In this document: positions 1 to 11,625 of the stretch, piece by piece
Layout: every line of letters starts with the position of its first letter
Numbering within the stretch: the stretch's first letter is position 1
Source: Tubiluchus corallicola
Lineage: Eukaryota; Animalia; Priapulida
Length of the DNA: 64,000 nucleotides
Direction: 5' to 3'
Assembly: GCA_030141605.1 (NCBI GenBank)
Contig: JAQGDQ010000152.1
Span: 424,957 to 488,956, forward strand
Made by a program: the position numbers and the translations under genes
Notes under the pieces: model-generated
Told to the model about the DNA's origin: nothing
Databases searched by the model: none
What the model saw: the letters and a program-made list of their open reading frames with translations, nothing else

Positions 1-239
1 ATAAATTGTCGGATTGTCTCAAAAATGTCTAGTACGGGCTGCTTGTGACATACAAGCCACACACGTGTCGTAACATGCTGCTTGGTTGCACAAAAGTAAT
101 GATGTAAACAAAGTGATGGCCCGCCAACATTAGTGGTCAGCTCGCGAAACAACGCACCGTGTCCAAGATATGAGTGTGCTTATTTAAATAAGCATCGTAG
201 ATAGCATCATTACGAAAAATATTGTTTTTGTTTATGTAG

Positions 240-3200
240 GCAGTCACAGAGACTACTACAGGCAATAATAATCCGGCTCTTTGGCCAAAAGTGAAAGCTC
301 GTGGTCAAGTTTTTACGTGGTTGCGTACATTAACTGCTACTAGACTGGCCAAAACTGGACTTGACTGGACAGATATATTTCGCAAATTCAACAGCGGAAC
401 GTATGTATGAAAACAATGCATGGAAATGCTCACACATTAAATAGGTTTATGCAGATATGTAATTATTTAATTAGTTTTTTATTCAGTTTTGAAAAAGATG
501 GCTGTGTTTTGCAAACAAACCATTTCTTCTTTTCATTTTCAGGTACAACAATCAGTGGATGGTATTAGATTACAAGGTGTTTGAACCGGGCAAAGCCTTA
601 CCCAAGAAAGACTTGCTGCACATATTGGAGCAACTACCGTGAGAAATTTTTTAAAAGTTTTATTATTACCAATGTAAATGATTTTCATTAAAAGGTTTTA
701 GCACCTGGGAACAGTTGTACAAGTATAGAATTTGTATTTGTGTGCTTGCATAACAAAATCGTCCATAAGTCGGCAGTTAAGCTTTTCCAGTAATGCACAT
801 TCCTCGGAATCTTCATTTCATGAGGATCATTTTGATACCAAGTTCATCGCTCTATGTTATTTCTAAGCTGAGATAATCCACGTTGAAGTTGAGGTTTCTA
901 AACTGAGATAATCCATGTTGCACGGTACACACTGGAAAACCTTGAGAAAATCGCTGTTAAAGTTAACCATTGTTTTTCGTCACGTTTCTACAATTGTACA
1001 AATGCCAATTGCTGCGGGCTTTGCGAGAACATGTTGAAGTTATGTTTAGATCCAGTAGATGACTCTTCCTGATGAAGATCTGGGCTTGGCAACAGAAAAC
1101 CCGGAAGCGATTTTTTTACAATTGCAGTACTAGTTTCTAGACAGAAAAGTAGATATGGAGTTATAAAATTAAATTTTTATATTTTTAAACATTTTCTTGA
1201 TAATTTGATGCTAGAATGTAAAACTCCATTAATTTAGTTTGTTTGACATTTGACCAAATTTTTGGTGCATTCTACTTTGACATGTCATAGTGCAGTTTAT
1301 GGACGATTTTGGTTTGCAAGCACACATTTTTTTACTTTTCAAGTTATAGTTCTGATTTTTGTGATAACTAACTCTTGCAGGGGAATGATAATAGCAAGAG
1401 ACATGACGTCACTTCTACTGAAGCAATCTTATTGGCCGAGTTACAATGCGCCGTAAGTAGAATACACCTGTCACACAACACCTGATCCACTGGGAGAAGT
1501 CAATTGGATTCAGTCTAATAGCAATGCTCCAAATTTTATGAAATGTATATTAGACTGTAGCAAACAAAACCAGAAAATTGTTAGATTATAAGTGTGTAGC
1601 AATGATAATCAATAACGAACTATTTTTGGATCTGTGACAAAGAATGTATCAGTGCATACAGTAAGTGCTCGGTTAACGACGCAAATGCGTTCCAGCAAAA
1701 TGCTCCATTAAGGCGCAACATTGTTATATGAAACAATGCCTTCCATAGAAAACAATGCAATTTATCTCGCATATAAGGGACACCTCTGGACCCGAAAAAA
1801 TCGCCCCTTATATCTGATGTCCCTTATAGCCGAAGTTGAGACCGAGGGTGTATCTAAACCTGTGCGCTCTATATACTTTATCTGGTAGCCTATTGCCCAA
1901 TGTACCATTTGTCGCAATGTATGTAATGTATTGTACAGCCACAAGACTCGACTGTAGTCCAAGGGAATACAATCGGACCCGCGTGGGAGTCTCGGCATAG
2001 ACTTTTTAGGATGTAAAAAATATTTGATTTTAGGGTCCCTTATATGCGAGGTAAAATTTACCTGGGTTTCTATTATGCAGGACCTGAAGATATCGTTCCT
2101 TATAACTGAAAGTTCTTTATATCCGAGTACCTTACATACAACCAAAGATTTTTATAAGGAAAAACGTTACGAAAAATTGGGACTGGTCCCTTATAAGCAA
2201 GTACCTTAAACCTGAGGTTGACTGTACTAAGCGGATATGAAAAGGTCAGCGGATGTTTTATATCAAAATACAAATATTTTATCACCCATTACGTGAGCCC
2301 CATCAGTGTAATTAATGAAAACCGTTTTCCCGTATTCCATATTTGAATAGAAAACCATCCATTGACCCGTTCATATCTGCATAGTGGTTTATACAAAGTA
2401 TTTCAAAGTAGCAAGATGGGAAAATAAGTTCTTGTATCTACGTTTTTAGTTTGAGATGCAATTTTTTGCAGCTATTTTAAGGAAATTTTCAATGCTAGTG
2501 GTTTACCAGCAATGGTCAAAAAGTACGGAGACTGGTTCAGCTATGATAGAACACCCCGGGCTTTAATCTTCAAGCGTGATCATAAGAAAGTAGTAGATAT
2601 GCCCTCTATGATGAAATTGATGAGGTACTTTTATTCTTTACATTTACTTGATAGATTATATGTTGTTTGAGTGACTAGTGGTTCAAGAATTTAAAAAAAT
2701 TAACTCCTTGCTTCATAAGGACCATGCATTCTGGCAAAATACTACGTTAAAAGAAAACCGGATAATTGTGTAAACATTAGTTCAGAATAAAGAATGCTCT
2801 AAAATATTGAAAACTACAACGGCTTTTTTTGAATCAAAGCTTAGGTTAACTAATAATTATTCCAAATACTCAAATTTCGTGAAACTTTCAAAGCTACATG
2901 CGGCTCAGTGAATCTACTAAGATTGGCAGCGGTGCCTTTTTGTCACATTCCGTGGCTGACAATTAGAAGACGGTACGGTGATAAGCGTGATCATGAACTG
3001 CAGTGTTAGTTTCTGACGTCATATGATGTAAAGCCCATTTTTTGTGACATCATACATTTAAGCAGTAACGCTTATGCAAATGTACTTGACGTGTAAGGGA
3101 AGATGCCTGTCATTGCATAAACTGTGGCTAGTTTCTGACGTAAGAAATACTGTGTTCGGTTGCCGTTAATTAACTTTCTAAGCTAATTATTCAAATATAA

Positions 3201-5974
3201 GAAACAATTGCTAACTTTATAGGCAAGAAAACGTACATTTTGGACAGTAAATTAAAATGAGATTGAGTATAAACAATCATCCGGTTTTCCTTTAAGGGAT
3301 CCAATGTTAAATAAAGCCATAGTCCTATAATACAGACAGCCAGTCCTTAAAGTCATGAACGGCAACTGACAGTTATCTGCTGTACTCAGAACTGTGCCTT
3401 TCTAGAGCACAGATTACGCCTACAAGTTTTACAGTGAATAAATCTAATATTCTTAGTCACCCTAAGATTTTATGCTGTGAAAGCTTATATTACAATAAGG
3501 TTTAGTTTGACTTTAAGAAGAGATCCATTCTCAAATAATCCTATACGTACATGTAAATGTTTGGGGACTGGTTTCAGCAACATAAAATGGGTGAAAAATT
3601 GATAATACTTGGCTCCTAATCTTAGCAGACAAATTAATCATTAAAACATTAGTTGAGTTTTATTGCTTGTATTAATATGTTTGTTGTTAAACAAAAGAAC
3701 GGCCTTTCATGTAGTAGTTATAGAATCGCTATGCAGTTTGCTTAAGACTAGGAATTTTTGGAGCTACGTATTATAGTACAGTATAGTAAGAAACACGGTA
3801 AGGCAAATCATTAAGGCTCGGTGAGTGTAGGGCAAATAATATAGGCTATTACAGAATTCAGTTAGTGAAAGCAGCTGATGATAGTTCACGTCAAAACGGA
3901 GACTATATTATTTTTAACACAGTTATCTTTTGCATACTGAAATGACACATTTTAATTTTGATATGATAAGATATTTGACCTATAATGCTGCAACCTTGTC
4001 ATCAGAATTAGTGTTCTGTAATCAGGGCCAGGTAATCCTATAGGCTAGTATAGGCTGCAGCCTAGTGTCCCTATAGGCTAGTATAGGCTGTGGCCTAGGG
4101 CCCTATAGGCTAGTATAAGCGGTGGCCTAGGGCCCCTATAGGCTAGTATAGGCTGCAGCCTAGGGCCCTATAGGCTAATATAGGCTGCGGCCTAGGGCCC
4201 TATAGGCTGCAGCCTAGTGTCCCTATAGGCTAGTATAGGCTGTGGCCTAGGGCCCTATAGGCTAGTATAGGCTGCAGCCTAGTGTCCCTATAGGCTAGTA
4301 TAGGCTGCAGCCTAGTGTCCCTATAGGCTAGTATAGGCTGCAGCCTAGTGTCCCTATAGGCTAGTATAGGCTGCAGCCTAGTGTCCCTCAAGCTTGGGGG
4401 GCCTCAAGCTTTGGTAACATTTGGGAAAAATCTGTTTTTTCGTTACGGTTGTGTTGAAATATGTGCTAATTTGGTTTGCAATAAATAATGTAGTGTTATT
4501 TCTTAAAGAATATTTTTATTGACATACAAAAGATTGTTATTCTAGTTTATTTAAAGAATTTGCAATAAATTTACTTCAAACTGTGTAAATGTTGCTAAAA
4601 TATATCATGAGTAAGAAACTATTCCAGATGGGTGAGGACAAGTTAGAGGGTGGCTTTGTCTGAAGGGAGCCCATAAGCTCACTAACCTGGGGGCCCCAAA
4701 AGGTCATAATCCGGCCCTGCTTGTAATGTAACAAAGCACACTTTTTTCTTAGATACAATGACTTCAAACATGATCCGCTGTCCCGATGTAACTGCACCCC
4801 ACCGTATAGCGGAGAAAATGCCATCTCTGCCCGCTGTGATCTGAATCCTGCTGATGGGACTTATCCGATTGCTGCGCTTGGTCATAGATCACATGGTGGT
4901 GTTGATATGAAGGTAACCATGACAACGCGACTATTGTCGCACGTGTACAAAAAAAGTATTGTTATTTTTGATAAATGTGTATGAGAAATGAATTAAGGAA
5001 GTAGAGCACTGTAATTTACCAAGGTGCCTGCAAGCACTATGTTTGCAAATACATATTTAATATATACGTATGTTTATTTCCTGGCAGAGGAAAAAAGATG
5101 GCCTGGGAAACCTGGAAGTATATATATATATATATACATATTTGCAATTACATGTACATACAGTCAAACCTCGTTATAACGCCCGCCTTATAATGCATCC
5201 TTCTCTTAATGCCCAGCAAAACACAATGTCTATCTTTGGATAAGCATGTATGTTTTAATGCACTTCGGTTATTATGCCAACTTTTTTGTAGTCCTTGAGT
5301 AGGCAGTATAAAGAAGTTTGATTGTACATAGATATATACATACATACATACATATGTAGGTATATAGCATTATATAGAAAAATAGCAAAGGATGGGTTCT
5401 TCTGTTTAATTTTAAGATGAATTTGCTTATTAATACTCAAAGTAGTTTGTTCGTGGGTATTCCACACCTCAGAGAAGTGAGGCTGCAACTTCGCAGAGTA
5501 TGCAAGGTGTCAATGTCGTGAGTGACAGTTTTATAAAATTCACTCCTCCCTATCTGTTTTGCTTGTTTTATCCATGGGCTGTAGCACAGCTTAAAACTGC
5601 AGGTATTGCCAATCGTATGTGCAACTTTTTCTAGCACATAATGGGTGCAGTCAACGCATTAAATCACTGTGCGAAGCTTAAAAATCCGCGTAATTTTTGT
5701 TTTATTCGTATGCTAGACAGTGGACATACTGTACTTGCTTCTGTTTTACTTTTTGGTTTATCTGCAGGTGACTACGCACAGATTATTTCAAAAATATGAA
5801 ATGGTTGCTATCGGCGGACCAACGTTTGATCCATTGCCTCCCTTTCAGTGGTCCAAGTCAGATTTCCGTCGAACGACTCCTCACTTGGGCCACCCGGATT
5901 TGTGGAAGTTTGACCCGGTACATGTACAATGGAATACTCCACGTGCCTTTGCTAAATGTGAAAACTGCCTCTAG
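240..5974 (+). CDS. PLBD2: Phospholipase B-like 2 (Ntn-hydrolase), 3' part; exons 240-400, 543-638, 1381-1452, 2472-2624, 4753-4912, 5768-5974; 5' exons lie upstream of the window
   Basis: All introns are GT-AG with matching phases. Spliced translation contains ETTTGNNNPALW, FNSGT|YNNQWMVLDYK, SYWPSYNAP|YF, KYGDWFSYDRTPRALIFKRD, LMR|YNDFKHDPLS, ENAISARCDLNP, HGGVDMK|VT, GGPTFDPLPPFQWS and HLGHPDLWKF, matching recalled PLBD2 motifs. Confidence 0.95.
740..1325. mobile_element. Non-autonomous TIR element, family A, copy 1 (PLBD2 intron)
   Basis: About 28-bp imperfect TIR (gtgcttgcataacaaaatcgtccata / tatggacgattttggtttgcaagcac). An inverted homologous copy lies at about 23616-24278; both give the spurious ORF start MTKFLVHSTL. 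Confidence 0.8.
1659..2224. mobile_element. Composite Tigger/pogo-like MITE remnants
   Basis: Left end TA|cagtaagtgctcggttaacg matches the reverse complement of the right end of the 7709-8411 element. Right end gaggttgactg|TA resembles the cagtcaaacctc TIR at 5161. Confidence 0.55.
2751..3291. mobile_element. Kolobok-like non-autonomous DNA transposon
   Basis: TTAA on both flanks; TIR aagaaaaccggataattgt versus reverse-complemented aggaaaaccggatgattgt, with purine-purine termini. Confidence 0.65.
4023..4719. mobile_element. hAT-like MITE containing an internal tandem array
   Basis: TIR cagggccaggtaa / taatccggccctg; degenerate 8-bp TSD tctgtaat / cttgtaat. Confidence 0.7.
4037..4388. repeat. 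Minisatellite, about 31-33-bp unit (ctataggctagtataggctgcagcctagtgtcc), about 11 copies
   Basis: Directly visible; many units contain the 14-bp palindrome TAGGCTGCAGCCTA. Confidence 0.95.
5161..5324. mobile_element. Small Tigger/pogo-like MITE
   Basis: TA|cagtcaaacctcgttataac ... gtataaagaagtttgattg|TA imperfect TIR with TA flanks. Confidence 0.6.
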
Positions 5975-6637
5975 TATTTTGTGTTAGAGTGGTGCATATC
6001 CTTCATGATTTAAATCTCCAACAAACAATGTCTGCCACTGGTTCTAATTTTGTTTTTTCATTTAATGGCGATATAAATTATCGTATTTGTTTGTACATCC
6101 AAACTGTCAATTAGGCACGAAATTTTCACCAAAACAGTCAAAGTCGTTTTTTTCACGTTTCATTGTTTGAAAAAATCGTCAAAAAGTATATAACCATGAT
6201 AATGGTTATGACTCTTCTCGGTTGATGAAAAAAAGTAACATATAATTTGCTTGCATGTATATAGTGCATAGTTGCTTTGGTGTCAATTATGTCCCTGGAC
6301 AGTACTATTTATCAATAGCATTTATCAAAAATAATAATTAGTACGAATCGAATTGCAAATATTTAAACATATTATTGCCAAATAACTTTGTCAATGTCAA
6401 ACTTGTAACATTGATGTATTTTTTGTATCTTAACTTCGTAATCTTTTTAATTCAGTTTTTTTTATAAAAATTTCAAAGCTTGTGTCTAAAAATGAGTGGT
6501 GATATTTTTGAGCTTTCATAACACTGTAACTTTCATCTAATAACTGTAAAAAGCCCTACTGTATTTTATAAATGTGTTGATCTCAGTATTAATATTGAGC
6601 TACTTAACAATTGAGTTAGGTGTTGAGTTTTTGTCAT

Positions 6638-6661
6638 AATAAATAGGAAATTATGAATAAA
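6638..6661 (+). terminator. Candidate PLBD2 polyadenylation signals (AATAAA at 6638 and 6656)
   Basis: Two AATAAA hexamers about 670 nt after the stop, followed by T/GT-rich sequence. Confidence 0.5.
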
Positions 6662-7708
6662 CTTCGGCACGATGCATTATTTTTAATGTGTTCTTTGCTG
6701 AATTACCTGACTAGCCATGTTTGAGAATAATAGTACAAGATTATTTCCCAAAAGTCGTGTCAGAACTTTACTGAGTAACGTATAAGCAGTGGCTCCATCT
6801 ATGTTTCTTGCATCACTTTTTATTTGGACATTTTGAAGGAATATTCAAGCAGATATATAAACATTTTGTGCTTATAATCAATATTGAGCCAAACATCTCA
6901 AACTTAAAACTATATACATATTTCAGCCAAACTTCAATTCAACTAAAATATGTATGGGTTAAGGTTATGCAGTAAACAAAACTGAAAATGCCTCAAGTGC
7001 AATAAGAGTAATAAGTAAAAAAATATAAGTAATCAGTAAACTCACAATACCAACCCGGATCGGTTTTAAGTCAATTTGACAGATTTCTTCAAATTGGCTC
7101 TGCGCCAAGAAGGGCCTCGCTTTTACACGCTTGAGTCAAGAACACTATGAACAGTTAATAGCGTCCAGAGTGCACGAAGTTTCTTGATACAGTGAAACCA
7201 TGCAGTCTGATATCGTATATGTATGTTTCTATGTTTTTTACTGATATGTTTGTTCTTTTGTTTTGTAATTTCAGTTTATCGTCTGTTTTTACAAGGTACA
7301 TGCACAAACACTATGTCAGTAATTATCTTGACTTGTAACAAAACATTAAATATTTCATGCACATTTTCTATTGTTCTTACATATCATTGCGGCTAATGGT
7401 GGAGCCACAAACCCTCAACGCTTTTCCGGTTGCAAGTACTACAGGAAGCATAAAACATCAATTTTCAACTTTTGCAAGATAGAGAACACCACTAACAATT
7501 TTCTAATTGGGCCCCTCACTTCCTAGTACTGGCCCAGATACCAACCCATATTGTAAGAATTATGTGCAAAAATAATTCTGTTTAACAGAAATGACAGTTA
7601 CAGCCATACTAACATTAAATTGTGATTATAACTAAACACAATTTCAACAGGTAATGTTAGAATGAATAGCTTCTGAATTTATATAACAAACTATATCATA
7701 AGGTAGTA

Positions 7709-8411
7709 CAGTAAGTCCTCGCTTAACGCGTCCCCATTTAGCGACGTTTCGTTTTAACGACGCCGAACATTTCACACCGTTTTTTTCACTTAACGACACT
7801 GTTTCATTTTAATGATGTTTTTTTTTTACTTTGGTCTAAGCCAATTTTTATTTTATGAACAAGTTTTTTACCCAATTTGATGAATTAAAGCAGTACATAT
7901 TGCATTATTCTGTTCTAAAAACGCACAAGTATAAACAGTGCAATTATTACACAAGTAAATGTTTTTGCTTCCCGACTGACCACTAAATGCTAGCCATTTG
8001 GCGTTTGTATCATGCATGATCTAGGAGCAAACTTTATGCAAGGAATTTTGCCTGCAAACTGTTGCTATAGCAACCAGACCAGATAAAATTACAAAGGTCA
8101 GCCAGGGCTTGGCTTTGACTATGCTGCAGGGTTACCGCTACCTACACTTAAAGTTTAATGAAAGAGGAACCGCTAGCTATGTAAATATAGGTGGTTTCAA
8201 GCAAGCAGAAAGAAATTAATCAGTAGAAACACGAGTAAAGCTGATAAAACTTTTAATTTATATGATTTAAGCAGCATTGAGTCTTGCCTCTGGAACGTAT
8301 CTCAGCTCTTTTACATTACTTTCTATGGAAGTCAAGGCTTCATTTAACGACTTTTCGCTTAACGTCGCGTTTTGCTGGAACGCATTAGCATCGCTAAGCG
8401 AGGACTTATTG
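7709..8411. mobile_element. Tigger/pogo-like MITE (703 bp)
   Basis: TIR cagtaagtcctcgcttaacg / cgctaagcgaggacttattg, TA TSD, subterminal ttaacgac repeats. Confidence 0.85.
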
Positions 8412-9128
8412 TAATTTATTAAATCTATAGTGCACAGTTCATATAGAGCAAGGTAATAATTACTGCAGCAAGTGATATGATGGAAATTTAACTGATGTGC
8501 CTGATAAAATTTTGCTGAAAGCTTAACACACAGTGAGAGCCCATGACGTGTCCTAAAGCAAAAAAAAATGCGTAACGGGTGCAGTGAACTTTGGAACTGC
8601 TGCAGGAATATTGTGATTCATATATGCCTTCCCATGTATGTTTACATATAAACTTGTAGTAAATGACAGTACCACATTCACAGTTTCTTAGTGATACTGA
8701 CATCCAGCATCATTGTTGAGGCATTAAAGGTGAAATACAGCATACTTTTACAAAAGAGCAGAAAGAAAATGCTCGAAGATTTTGTGATACTTTCAACTTG
8801 TTCTTGGTGTTTCATCTGAGAAGAAATCGGGTGTGAAGATGTCATTTGATGAATTGAAGAAAGTCTGGAGCATGTTTTACTCGTTACATGATGCTAGCAA
8901 AATTCATGTATAATTACGCCAGTGTTTGCGTTTAGTTATCACGGGTCATATTTCACCGTGTTCACAAATTCAGCATCACAGAAACGATGCGGATATCCAA
9001 GGAAGCCATTGCTAGGACATTTATTTAACCCGCGATTTTCTGGAGTTTCATGAGCAAAACGACCAAAATGTTTGGGGAACTGTTTTAAAAGAAAAATATG
9101 ACACGTAGAGTAGCAAACTTTAGCACAT

Positions 9129-10205
9129 TCACAAGCAACTCAAGTTATTACCCTTTCTTCGATTTGACAAATGAGCTTTGATGATCTCACTGTACAAGTT
9201 TCTACCAATCAGCTCATAACCCAGTGGCAGCAATCTCAACACGGTCTTTGTAAGATAATTCGAACCGTAACAAAACAGATCGAGGCCCAACTCTAGCCCC
9301 ATTCCATAGTCACATTCATCGTTTGCAAACTGAACAAAGCTAAGCAGTTCTTGCAGAGGATCAAAAGATTTTATTCTATCATCATCGTTCTCGGCTTCGT
9401 CGATGGCCTTCAGCATTTTCTTCAAATCGGCATGACTTTCGGTCACCTCTCTATAGCCGACATCGTTTGCATCAACGGGGACGACCAGACCCGCTCTGTG
9501 AAAAGTCTTACACACGACATCATCTTTCCAGCGCGCCTTCATTTCTTTCGTTTTCTTCTCCATGTTATAGCCTTTTCTTTTAGCCCAATCAGTGACTGCT
9601 TTATAGATCCTTTCAACGGACATCCTTTTCGAAGGTTCTAATCTCCCGCCTATCAGAGATGTCAGGTGCAATTTTACAGCTGCAAAGAGATTCTGGCCTT
9701 CCGGTTCTATTCTACAACCTTTGTCCGGATCATTTGAGGCCACAAACGCCGGCATCGCAGATGGGTCGTCTCTGAAGTAACCAAAATGAAGTCCGGAGTC
9801 GCTTAGAGACCTAAGAACTGTCTGAAACTCTGGCGGGTCATAGAAGAATCTCCAATGAAGAAAACTGTCTTCCTTTTGGAAACTTTTTCCTTCAGATTTG
9901 CCTGCTAAAATATCAAAAGGACCAACAAGCTGCAGAAAAGCAGATTCTAAAGCGTCTTCTGGTTTATCATTCTTCAGTGACTTACAAAAGTCCCAAAAGT
10001 CGTAAAAGTCGGCCGGCATGTCCATACCGTAAATATCCTTGATTTTTTCTTTCGGTTCTTCACTTCCGGGTTTGAATCGCTTTTTTGCAGGCTCTTCAAT
10101 TTCAGTTCTTGCCTCCTGTTCCTTGACGCTGTGATTGTACATGCTTCTATGCAGGGAATTCTTCTGGTAACACTTGGCACCATATTTGCACTCGGGTTTA
10201 CTCAT
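9129..10205 (-). CDS. HPF1: Histone PARylation factor 1 with N-terminal PBZ zinc finger, 358 aa, intronless CDS
   Basis: Motifs MPADFYDFWDFCK, LVGPFDILAG, LHWRFFYDPPEFQTV, HFGYFRDDP, KTFHRAGLVVPVD, DVGYRE and FANDECDYGMGLELGLDLFCYG (catalytic Glu). N-terminal CKYGAKCYQKNSLHRSMYNH is a PBZ pattern. AATAAA on the minus strand at 9020-9025. Confidence 0.96.
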   Translation of the reverse strand: MSKPECKYGAKCYQKNSLHRSMYNHSVKEQEARTEIEEPAKKRFKPGSEEPKEKIKDIYGMDMPADFYDFWDFCKSLKNDKPEDALESAFLQLVGPFDILAGKSEGKSFQKEDSFLHWRFFYDPPEFQTVLRSLSDSGLHFGYFRDDPSAMPAFVASNDPDKGCRIEPEGQNLFAAVKLHLTSLIGGRLEPSKRMSVERIYKAVTDWAKRKGYNMEKKTKEMKARWKDDVVCKTFHRAGLVVPVDANDVGYREVTESHADLKKMLKAIDEAENDDDRIKSFDPLQELLSFVQFANDECDYGMGLELGLDLFCYGSNYLTKTVLRLLPLGYELIGRNLYSEIIKAHLSNRRKGNNLSCL

Positions 10206-10273
10206 TGTTATTGGTAATTAAGACTTATGCACAGGTAAACAGCTTAAAGGTGAAATGCGGTAACTACAAGCAC

Positions 10274-11625
10274 TTATTTTTGTGACGATCTTGCCGTGCT
10301 TACGGCAGCCATACTATGAACCATCTGAGCCACAGCCGAGGGTGCCACACTCATTCGTAACAGGTCCACCAAAGATCTAAAACATGACAAGTACACAATA
10401 AAATATGCAATAAAATATATTTTAATATATACCGTATATACGTGTGTAAAAGTCAATGAGTATTTTAAGACCAAAAACTGCATCATTTTATATATTACCT
10501 GTGTACAAACCGACCATAAAATATTAAGATCTTCCAGAGTAAATGATGTGTTAGTGTGTAAGATACCTGCAAGTGCCTGGGCCGAGTATATATATATATA
10601 CACATGTATATATAGGGCCCTCAATGCAATCCATGATAATACAGCCTGACCTTTCATGGCGCATAATGGTTTGTAATGCCTTTAACTCTAGGATATCGTG
10701 GTCAGTTGCCGATTTCTCACATAAAACTAAAAACCCATAGCAGAAACGTCACAGTTTTATTCAGTAACATCATTGGCGATTTCCATGTTCTGATCGAGTG
10801 CTCCGTCGCTAGTTTATTTACCGATAATATATAAATTTTAACTTAATTTCACATACATTAAAATCAATTACAGTAATATTTCTTAATTTTGTGCAGTAAT
10901 GTCAAGATGCGAACAATCTCTGATGTGAAGTATCACAGTATGAGTGTTCATTCAGTCCAGCGTATAATGAAGGATTATTTCTTTACATATTTGTATTGTA
11001 GACGACTCTTTAGCGACATCTCCCAAAAACATCTCGTTAAGTATAAATCGACCCCAAAAATTTCATCTTAAAATCGCCTCCCAAAAATTCGACTTGTACA
11101 TAAGTATATACGGTAACTCATTTTTATTCTTCAAATGAAAGATACGTGTATAAAACATAAGACCCCAAGGTCAGATCCATTATATAGGTATATGTAATTA
11201 GAAATTAGGATCAATGGCAGGGATCACTAGTCACGACAGATATATTGAGCGTGAAAGAGTATATTGAGAGTGAGACACTAAAAAAGTAAGAAAATGCTAC
11301 ATTACATAAAACAGACAAAAATAAAATATGCAGTAAAATTCATTACTAAATTTAGGCTTTAATAATGTAACTTTCAGATAAAAGTATAGAGATTATTATT
11401 GCAGCAAAACGTTAAAACAGGTGGCTGCTATCACGACAGATTATCTTTTACCAACCAAGAAAGCTACACTAAAACTTACTTGAAAACTTCCGGATCAATA
11501 GTAACACCAGCAAGATTGCAAAGCTCATACAGTTCCGCTTCTTCAGCTGTTAATACCAATCTGTTACGTTTTGTCAGTGTAATTTTACTACTAGCTTGTT
11601 CTTTCTGCTCTTTAAGATGGTCCAT
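10274..11625 (-). CDS. MZT2: Mitotic-spindle organizing protein 2 (MOZART2), 82 aa; exons 11625-11480 and 10376-10274
   Basis: Spliced MDHLKEQ...VLTAEEAELYELCNLAGVTIDPEVFK|SLVDLLRMSVAPSAVAQMVHSM matches recalled human VLSTEEMELYELAQAAGGAIDPDVFK-ILVDLLKLNVAPLAVFQMLKSM. GTAAGT donor and TTTTAG acceptor, phase 2. An acceptor at 11636-11637 implies an upstream non-coding exon. Confidence 0.9.
10432..11113. mobile_element. Tc2/Tc1-mariner-like non-autonomous element in the MZT2 intron
   Basis: TA|ccgtatatacgtgtgtaaaagtc ... gacttgtacataagtatatacgg|TA. Confidence 0.7.

Noticed and set aside
10206-10273. MZT2-HPF1 fusion protein by readthrough or alternative acceptor
   Set aside because: The 68-nt spacer is out of frame, and a TAA in frame with HPF1 lies at 10220-10218, downstream of all candidate acceptors.
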